Notes under the pieces: generated by a model
The model's input: the letters and a program-made list of their open reading frames with translations, nothing else
What the model was told of the DNA's origin: nothing
Database searches by the model: none
Shown here: positions 1 to 7,397 of the stretch, one piece after another
Layout: each line of letters opens with the position of its first letter
Position numbering within the stretch: position 1 is the stretch's first letter
DNA from: Octopus sinensis
Lineage: Eukaryota
DNA: 13,980 nucleotides
Direction: 5' to 3'
Assembly: GCF_006345805.1 (NCBI RefSeq)
Contig: NW_021825969.1
Span: 1 to 13,980 of the forward strand
Program-made: the position numbers and the translations under genes

Positions 1-129
1 TGAGAGGGACTTGGGTTGCTATTTCTGCTGGTTAGTCGGCTATAATCGTTGGTTCTCTCCATTAATGCGATTTCCTCTGTAGGTTTGCGAGTCGCATAGA
101 CACCACTGTTTACAAGCCGGGCCATAATT

Positions 130-255
130 GGCAGAGTTGTCAGGGCCATTGCCAGAATGCTCTGCTATATATTGTTCCGGATCTTACCGTTCTGAGTGCT
201 AATCTCACCGAGGTCTCAACTTTGCTTTTAATCAATTAAAAATGTCAGTTACTAC
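130..255 (+). mobile_element. Highly decayed copy of SINE family A
   Basis: ggcagagttgtcag...cagaatgctctgctatat...accgttctgagtgctaatctcaccgaggtctcaactttgctttt aligns by eye to the family A head at 6040-6135 (ggcagaaacgttag...gaaatgcgtagccatat...acgttctgagttcaaattccactgaggtcgactttgccttt). Confidence 0.55.
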
Positions 256-689
256 GATAGATCCTTCTTTCTCATTCTCCTTTTATCGTTCTTTCTTCTC
301 TCCCCGCCTTTCCTAGAATCAATCTACCCACTTAGTTATAGGTTTTCAACTCAAGATGTCAGTCGGTGCCAATTTGCGTTAAAAGAGGTGTTAAGCTATA
401 GCAAAAGTTCTCAATGTGGGCTGTGCTGCCCACAAGCAGCCGCCGGACATATCGAAAAGGGTGTTAGGGAGCAGTAAGAGGGCTGATGAGATAATATAAT
501 TAGCACATTAAATTTTACTTTTAGTAGTAATTATATCATACACGATAAAACCAGTGATGGTTATTTGGTTATTAAAATAAAATGAGATCTCATTAGGCAC
601 AGGAAAGTAATTAACTTGCAATGTATAAAGTAAAATTACAACTTTAGTCTTTATCAATTTAATATCATTTCACTGTTAAAAGCTTATAC

Positions 690-1063
690 ATTGAAAGCTA
701 CAACAGTGCCAGAACGGGACGACATTGCATAGTGCAAAAGATCCCAGCAATGCCATCACACTTCAGGACCAGTTCCTGCAACAGCCTGGGTTTCAAGGGC
801 CTACAGCTTTTTAATATTCTCCCAAGAGTCTGAGGAATTTGCACAAAGTAGATGTAGGGGTTTTTAAATCAAGCTGGACCTCTTCCTGTCGAGAGTCCCA
901 GATGACCTACCTCACGGCAAGAGGTGCAAATGAGAGTAGCTATATCAACTCCATTCTTCACCAAGTGCCACATATTAGGAGGCTCTTAGTAATAACAGTG
1001 TAGCACAAACGACGGCGGTGCATCAGCATGGCCGCAGCTCTGAACTGAACTAAGATTTAAAAA
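690..1063 (+). mobile_element. 5'-truncated non-LTR retrotransposon (CR1/L2-group LINE): ORF2 C-terminus and 3' tail, frameshifted
   Basis: Manual translation from 690 with four -1 frame corrections gives IESYNSARTGRHCIVQKIPAMPSHFRTSSCNSLGFKGLQLFNILP/KSLRNLHKVDVGVFKS/KLDLFLSRVPD/xPTSRQEVQMRVAIS/NSILHQVPHIRRLLVITV* (TAG 1001-1003). The pattern NS..F.G..LFN.LP..LRN.....FK..LD.FL..VPD is typical of the post-RT C-terminus of CR1/L2-group ORF2. A 3' tail follows at 1011-1063. Confidence 0.8.
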
Positions 1064-1543
1064 TCATTTTTAGAGTAAAATTTATAAATTATCATCCATG
1101 TTAAGTTAGTTTAGACATGACACCCTCGTTTACCACTTAAATAGGGACTCATATAACAACTACTTAAAAGGAAGGGGCGCAACAAAAAGAAAGAAAAAGA
1201 GGTTAGGACCCATTGAACTTGAGGCTAGTAACATCTTCATATTGCAAAGAGCTGTGTTGCTGACAATATCGTCCAAAAAAAAACAAAATAGAATCTTGGC
1301 ATACTCTAAGCAGATATGTCACGCGCATGAGGACCGAAATTCAACTGAGTACTAAGGACTACAAAACGGACTAAGTACTAAAAGATGCCCACATGACCAT
1401 CTTGGGATTTACGAGACCGTACGTTTGATACTTTAAGCTAAAGTCTACAGAAAATATGATGGCGATTTAACGCGCTGGAAAGGAAACGAGATGGCGAAAA
1501 GTGAGATATTGTTGGTTTATCGCGAGATCTATGAGTATATGAA

Positions 1544-1737
1544 CGCATCCGTACCTTGTACACATCACATATGCTTAAACCCTCACCGTATACACCCACT
1601 TCTAGTACATAAATAACGACACATTACAGATAACAGGATTTATATAAACTCAACCGTAATACACATATAGACACGTCACAATCCACATACGTATAAACAT
1701 ATATATACACACGCACTCACCACACACACACACACAT

Positions 1738-1784
<47 letters not shown>

Positions 1785-1938
1785 TTTCCTTACTACCCAC
1801 AAGGGGCTAAACATAAAGGGGACAAACAAGGACAAAAAAAAGGGATAAAGTCGATTACATCGACCCCAGTGCGAGACTGGTACTTTATTTATCGACCCCG
1901 AAAGGATGAAAGGCAAAGTCGACCTCGGCGGAATTTGA

Positions 1939-1987
<49 letters not shown>

Positions 1988-2187
1988 CGTGTGTGTGTGT
2001 GTGCGTGCGTGTGTGTGTGTGTATATATATATATATGTTTATACGTATGTGACGTGTCTGTATGTGTATTGCGGTTGAGTTTTATATAAATTCCTGTTAT
2101 CTTTAATGTGTCGTTATTTATGTACTAGAAGTGGGTGTATACGGTGAGGGTTTAAGCATATGTGAATGTGTACAAGGTACGGATGCG
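1544..2187. repeat. Long inverted repeat: arms about 1544-1780 and 1940-2187, loop is a truncated SINE
   Basis: 1544-1702 (cgcatccgtaccttgtac...catacgtataaacat) is the reverse complement of about 2030-2187, with 3 substitutions, 2 single-base indels and one 7-nt indel. The (TA)(CA)(TA) tract is mirrored as (TA)(TG)(TA). Confidence 0.95.
1781..1939 (-). mobile_element. 5'-truncated SINE family A copy
   Basis: The reverse complement reads ttcaaattccgccgaggtcgactttgcctttcatcctttcggggtcgataaataaagtaccagtctcgcactggggtcgatgtaatcgact...gtttagccccttgtgggtagtaagg, matching 6105-6255. It starts inside the B-box. Confidence 0.92.
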
Positions 2188-2282
2188 AGTCGTACGAATG
2201 AATGGTTTTTTCTTTTCAAGTAGTAGGAGAGGCTCTTGTAATAGTTAGACGTGAAATTGGTTGGACATAAGACCGTCACAGG

Positions 2283-2331
2283 TATGTATATATATATATG
2301 AATGTGTGTATATATGTGTGTATGCGTGTGT

Positions 2332-2380
<49 letters not shown>
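2283..2380. repeat. (TA)/(TG)n microsatellite
   Basis: Direct reading of the sequence. Confidence 0.95.
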
Positions 2381-2383
<3 letters not shown>

Positions 2384-2904
2384 GAGCACAGTGCGTATGC
2401 GTTTGCGGACGCTATTCAAACCACCTTTAGGTGGAATTCCTTTCAGTACTCGCTTTTTTTTTCTTCTTCTTTTAGTATTATTCCTACGCACATTAAGTAA
2501 ATAATTGAATAAAGGGGAAAAAAAAAGAAGGTAAATTAATTAAAAAAAAAAAAAATGTCCAGATTTAACAAAAATAAAAGGATAATAAACAAAACCTGAA
2601 ATTTAAAAAAAAAAAAAATAATAATAATAATAATAAAAATCTGCAAAAGAATCTTCTTCCAGTTTCTTGATATTTCTGACAAATTACCTCTCCTATTAAA
2701 TTCTAAGTATACCCAAGTGTTTGTTTTCTTTGTTTTCTTCCTTCGTACCTTCATCTGTTTGTCTGTTTGCTTTTGGTATTACATGTGTGTGTATGTGTGT
2801 GTGTGTGTGTGTGAAAGTACTTTTATTTATTTATTTATTTTATAAAATCTTTTAATGACCACTCCTCTGCCGTTGTGCTTTCTCTTGTGACATATAAAAA
2901 GAAA

Positions 2905-2976
2905 TCATCAACATCATCATAATCACCGTTATTATTATTATTATTATTATTATTGTTGTTGTTGTTGTTGTTGTTG

Positions 2977-3010
<34 letters not shown>

Positions 3011-3030
3011 CATTATCATCATTATATCAT
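2905..3030. repeat. Compound trinucleotide microsatellite (CAT)/(ATT)n(GTT)n(ATT)n/(ATC)
   Basis: Direct reading of the sequence. Confidence 0.95.
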
Positions 3031-3136
3031 TAATTTCCCCCACGCATGGTAACATGAATCAGTATATATAAATATATTTACACAACACACACAGGTACTC
3101 ACACAGAGGCATACAAACACAGGTAGGCACCTCCCC

Positions 3137-3139
<3 letters not shown>

Positions 3140-3194
<55 letters not shown>

Positions 3195-3216
3195 ACACAT
3201 ATAGTCATATATATAT
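3140..3216. repeat. (CA)n/(TA)n microsatellite
   Basis: Direct reading of the sequence. Confidence 0.95.
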
Positions 3217-3425
3217 ATTCTTTTACTCTGCTATTTGTTTCAGTCATTGGACTGCGGCCATTTTGGAGCACCGCCTTTGGTCGAACAAATCGACCCCAGG
3301 ACATATTCTTTGTAAGCCTAGTATTTATTCTATCGGTCTCTTGTACCGAGCCGCTAAGTTACGGGGATGTAAACATACCAACACCGGTTGTCAAGCGATG
3401 GTGAGGGACAAACACAGACATACAA

Positions 3426-3456
<31 letters not shown>

Positions 3457-3637
3457 TACACGCACACATATATAAACGGCGGGCTTCTAAATCCATTCCG
3501 CCTACTAAGTCCACTCACAAGGCTTTGGTCGGTCCGAGGCTATAGTAGAAGACACTTGTCCAAGGTGCCACGCAGTGGGACTGAACCCGGAACCATGTAG
3601 TTGGTAAGCAAGCTAATTACCACATAACCACTCCTAC
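3217..3637 (-). mobile_element. Full-length SINE family B: tRNA-like head, CORE-like domain, internal microsatellite, LINE-like 3' tail
   Basis: On the minus strand: head gtaggagtggttatgtggtaattagc...ggttcagtccc (B-box-like); CORE-like gcaccttggacaagtgtcttctac; internal (TG)n at about 3424-3473; tail ending ggcggtgctccaaaatggccgcagtccaatgactgaaacaaatagcagagtaaaagaa. Homologous to 6879-7397 and 10965-11711. Confidence 0.9.
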
Positions 3638-3704
3638 ATCCGTATGTTTGTTTTCTCTTTCTGATTAAAGGCTAGTTTAGTCGGACATCTGCATTGTGAC
3701 GAGT

Positions 3705-4040
3705 GGAGGTGCGATGGTTCAGTGGTTAGGGCAACGGACTCGCGGTCGTAGGATCGTGGTTTCGATTCCCAGACCGGGCGTTGCGAGTGTTTATTGGCCG
3801 AAAAAAACCTAAAGCACAACCCTGCTGTACTCCTTTACCACAACTCGCTTCCTGCTTCTGTTGTACCTGTATTTCAAAGGGCCAGCCTTGTCACAATATG
3901 TGTCATGCTGAATCTCCCCGAGAACTACTTTAAGGTTACACGTGTCTGTGGAGTGCTCAGTTTTTCCCGAGCAGACTGTTCCGTTGATCGGATCGACTGG
4001 AACCCTCGACGTCGTAACCGACGGACTGCCACGAATAAAT
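3705..4040 (+). mobile_element. tRNA-derived SINE family C, near full length
   Basis: A-box-like tggttcagtgg and B-box-like ggtttcgattccc, then a GC-rich body ending gtcgtaaccgacggactgccacgaataaa. It resembles the octopus OR-type SINEs as I recall them; the family name is not verified. Confidence 0.8.
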
Positions 4041-4233
4041 CTGAGTTTCTACAAATGCAGTAGTTCCTTGATTATTGACTGTAAAAATGAAAGTGGATTT
4101 ACAGGATTCTGTCAATTGTAAAGGAATGAGTACCATATCAATTTCATAAAGAATGGTATCCCATTTTTTAAGAAATGTATCAGGTTCGCTTTTTTCAGAA
4201 ATCTGTTTAATAGTCCGAAATAAGTATTTTGTG

Positions 4234-4563
4234 ATATTGCTATATTTCGAGATGGTCATCTCTTGTTTTCTTACTAAATAAACACATGCACTTTATATCT
4301 GTTCTTTATTCGTTTCGAATGGGCTAAATAGAACAGGACTAGACACGTGGAATAGAAGAGTCTCTGAAGAGGTCACAGGTGTGTGACGATAGATGTCCAG
4401 ATAATGGACATAAAATAAGAACAATGATAAACAAGTGAAGAACGAATTTATACTGCGTGTGTTTATTTGGCAAGAAAAAAACCCAAAAGATCATCCCGAA
4501 ATATAACAATATGTTTCAACACAGGATTCCACGTCAGAATCTTGCAACACAAATTGATAAAGA

Positions 4564-4613
<50 letters not shown>

Positions 4614-5003
4614 CATACATATATATACACACACACATTCACACGCACACAACACACACACACGCACACAAACAACCACACACACACATACACATACACC
4701 ACACACACACCACACAACACACACACACACACACAACATATATATATATATATATATATAATATATATACAAACCAGGAGGAGACACGTAAGATGGAAGG
4801 ATCGCTGAAGAAGTCACAAATGTGGGAAGAAAGATTTCCAGACAATGGACACGAAAGATAAAAAACGAGGCAAAAACGAATATTCAGTGCGTCTGTTTAT
4901 TTGGCAAGATAAAAAAACAAAAATGACAATCCCTAAATATAACCATATCTCTTTTCAACACACGATTTTATTTTACGAATCTTATTAAACGAATTCATAA
5001 ACG
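4234..5003 (+). mobile_element. Decayed Penelope-like/retrozyme-like repeat: inverted partial copy (4234-4304, minus) plus two tandem copies (about 4332-4566 and 4773-5003) separated by a microsatellite
   Basis: The two direct copies align along their length (agacacgt...ctgaaga.gtcac...ccaga.aatggaca...gcgt.tgtttatttggcaaga...aaatataac.atat...ttcaacac). The reverse complement of 4234-4304 (gaacagatataaagtgcatgtgtttatttagtaagaaaacaagagatgaccatctcgaaatatagcaatat) matches 4439-4510. Both direct copies contain a CTGAAGA hammerhead-like core. Confidence 0.6.
4566..4770. repeat. Compound (TA)n-(CA)n-(TA)n microsatellite
   Basis: Direct reading of the sequence. Confidence 0.95.
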
Positions 5004-5394
5004 TCAAATATTTTGTGAGTAAACTAAAATAAAATACTATGTGAGCCGGTGTATCTTTCATACTTTCTTATTCGTAAATGTGACAAAAAATTGACATACA
5101 GCTAATGCGACTGTATTACGGTTGGGATACCGAGTATATTCGTGTATGATAATACATATCCTTTTTTTCTGCCAGAAGATGGTGGTTTGTCTAATGCGAG
5201 AGCGTGTCTTACACACCGTTCTAATTGACTCCCATGATAATTTAACATGACTTTTAATGGGATCTTAACCTTTAAAATTTAAAGCTTAAATACATCAGAA
5301 GTTTAAGAAAGTTTGTTAGTGCTAGTATAACTTTGTTTTGGCAAAAGCATTTTATGAGAATCAAGTCTGGATTATGTAAATGCATTAAAGCAGT

Positions 5395-5656
5395 CGTGGA
5401 GGGGTGTGGCTTAGTGGTTAGGGATATTGGACGCGTGATGGTAGGGTTGTGGTTTCGATTCCTGGATCGGGCGACGCTTTGTGTTCTTGAGCAAAACACT
5501 TCATTTCACCTTGCTCCAGTCCACTCAGCTAGCAAAACTGAGTAATCCTGTGACAGACCAGGGTCCCGTCCAGGTGAGGAAAATATACGCCATGGAAACC
5601 AGGAAACTGGCCCTTATGAACAGATTTGAATCGCGAAGGTAACATTATTTTTTAAA
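5395..5656 (+). mobile_element. Full-length tRNA-derived SINE family D with 11-bp target-site duplication
   Basis: A-box tggcttagtgg, B-box ggtttcgattcc, CORE-like tgtgttcttgagcaaaacacttcatttc, then cctgtgacagaccagggtcccgtccagg (Meta/V-domain-like, inferred). The TSD attaaagcagt is at 5384-5394 and 5657-5667. Confidence 0.88.
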
Positions 5657-5663
5657 ATTAAAG

Positions 5664-5927
5664 CAGTGGTTCTCAAAGTATGTGGCACTGTTCCATCTGG
5701 GGGGCAGTGGAAAGATTCAGGGGGTGGGAAGCTGAAGAAAATGGGAGCGATAATGGGGTGGTCAAAAGGGGGCAACGGATGTAAAAGCAACAAAATAACA
5801 GGGTAATTAGGTTAAGTTTTATTTGTGAAATACACTTGTTTTTGAATTTACTGCAGAAAGTTGTTTACGTTTGTGGTGATGAGTGATGCTGGGGAGGAGC
5901 GTTTGGAAAGTGGCTTGGCAAACACTT
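5664..5927 (+). mobile_element. Non-autonomous hAT/Charlie-type DNA transposon remnant
   Basis: The left end cagtggttctcaaa is the classic Charlie-type TIR and the right end cttggcaaacactt is a decayed complement. The 8-bp TSD is cattaaag (5383-5390, upstream of the inserted SINE D) versus cattaatt (5928-5935), 6/8 identical. Confidence 0.7.
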
Positions 5928-6026
5928 CATTAATTAACGGGGAAAATAATTAACACCACAAAAGTTTTTGCGACAGCGAATCAATTTTTCATGATATTTT
6001 TTCATTAGTTAATATTAATCCCAACT

Positions 6027-6420
6027 AAGACGGCGAGCTGGCAGAAACGTTAGCACGCCGGGCGAAATGCGTAGCCATATTTCGTCTGCCGTTACGTTCT
6101 GAGTTCAAATTCCACTGAGGTCGACTTTGCCTTTCATCCTTTCGGGGTCGATTAAATAAGTACCAGTTACGCACTGGGGTCGATATAATCGACTTAATCC
6201 GTTTGTCTGTCCTTGTTTGTCCTCTCTGTGTTTAGCCCCTTGTGGGTGGTAAAGAAATAAGTATTTCGTCTGTCGCTACGTTCTGAGTTCAAATTCCGCC
6301 GAGGTCGACATTACCTTTCATTCTTTCGGGGTCGATAAAGTACCAGCTAAACACTTGGTCGATGTAATCGACTTAAACTTTTCCCAAAATTGTTAGCCTT
6401 GGGCCAAATTTTAAAGCCAA
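6027..6420 (+). mobile_element. Dimeric SINE family A: full unit 6027-6261 plus 5'-truncated unit 6262-6420 with a different tail
   Basis: Head ggcgagctggcaga...gagttcaaattcc. The body gaggtcgac...ggggtcgat...taccag...gtcgat.taatcgact occurs twice. The flanking TSD is aatattaatcccaac (6011-6025) versus aatattaaccacaac (6419-6433), 13/15 identical. Confidence 0.92.
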
Positions 6421-6489
6421 TATTAACCACAACCCCGTTCCATAACATTTCCACAGTTTTGATTCAACACTTCAATTTATATATATAAA

Positions 6490-6580
6490 TTGGCGTATAG
6501 GTTCCAGGTGGGGAACCTATACGCCAAGGAAACCGGGAAACCGGCTCTATGAGCAAGACATGTCTCGAGAAGGAACAAAC
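6490..6580 (+). mobile_element. 3' fragment of SINE family D with a short 5' inversion
   Basis: tccaggtggggaacctatacgccaaggaaaccgggaaaccggctctatgag matches 5569-5620. The preceding 6490-6505 is the exact reverse complement of 6512-6527. Confidence 0.8.
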
Positions 6581-6878
6581 AATCCCAAATCAAGAAGGAC
6601 TGAGTATGACTGTCTACGATTTCATCTTTCAGTGATGCTGGAAAAAATTGTATTTTTCATAAACGCTACTCACCTCTGTTCTATGCAATTTCAAATTAAT
6701 TACACTTGATGATGAAGAATTTCGTTTATAATAATTAATTATTCTTAAATTATCAAAACTACAAATATTAGTACAATAGTTCTACTTAGGTTATTTCGTA
6801 ATTTCTTTTAAAAAAAGAACAAATAAACAACTATTTAATAGTTTGTTGACAATTTCCAATAATTACGTTAATACTATT

Positions 6879-7397
6879 AGGCACAGGTGTGGCTGTGTGG
6901 CAAGAAGTTTGCTTTCTAACCACATGGTTCCAGGTTCAGTCCCACGGCGTGACACCTTGATCAAGTGTCTTCTACTCTAGCCTCGCGTTGAGCCTTGTGA
7001 ATGGGTTTGTTGGACGGAAACTGAAAGAAGCCCTCCGTATATTTTATATTATTTTATTTTTAATTTATCTAGTTTCAGCTCACGAGCTGTGGCCATGCTG
7101 GGGCACCGTCAATTCATATATATATATATATATACTGTATATGTATGTATTTTGCATGTGTGTGTATGTGTGCGTTTGTGTGCCTTTGAGTCTATGTTTG
7201 TCCTCCACTGCCGCTTGACAAACAGTGTTGGTGTGTTTACATCCCCATTAACTTCGGGAAAAGACACCGATAGAATAAGTACCAGGCTTAAAAACATATA
7301 AATGGTAGGATCGATTCATTCGACTAATATTCTTCAAGACGATACACCAGCATGGCCGCAGTTTAATGGCTGAAACACGTAATAAATAAAGATAAAA
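6879..7397 (+). mobile_element. Full-length SINE family B carrying an antisense LINE-tail insertion
   Basis: Head aggcacaggtgtggctgtgtgg...ggttcagtccc; CORE-like acaccttgatcaagtgtcttctac; microsatellite about 7115-7185; tail ccagcatggccgcagtttaatggctgaaacacgtaataaataaagataaaa. Confidence 0.9.
7041..7110 (-). mobile_element. About 70-bp LINE 3'-tail retroposon nested in SINE B
   Basis: The reverse complement gacggtgccccagcatggccacagctcgtgagctgaaactagataaattaaaaataaaa matches the LINE tail at 1011-1063 and ends in an A-rich tract. Confidence 0.8.

Noticed and set aside
13-26. 13-bp match agaaatagcaacc between 14-26 (minus) and 7828-7840 (plus)
   Set aside because: Probably relics of another old repeat, but too short to call a feature.
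3705-3790. tRNA genes at SINE heads (also 5400-5470, 6030-6115, 11475-11548)
   Set aside because: They have A/B boxes but no proper acceptor-stem pairing, and each continues into a repeat body. These are tRNA-derived SINE heads, not tRNAs.
5699-5772. G-tract cluster as a G-quadruplex
   Set aside because: Most loops are over 10 nt and the cluster lies inside a decayed transposon.
4332-6420. CRISPR-like or other prokaryotic repeat-spacer system
   Set aside because: The repeats are long diverged retroelement copies without regular spacers, there are no cas-like ORFs, and the context is eukaryotic.
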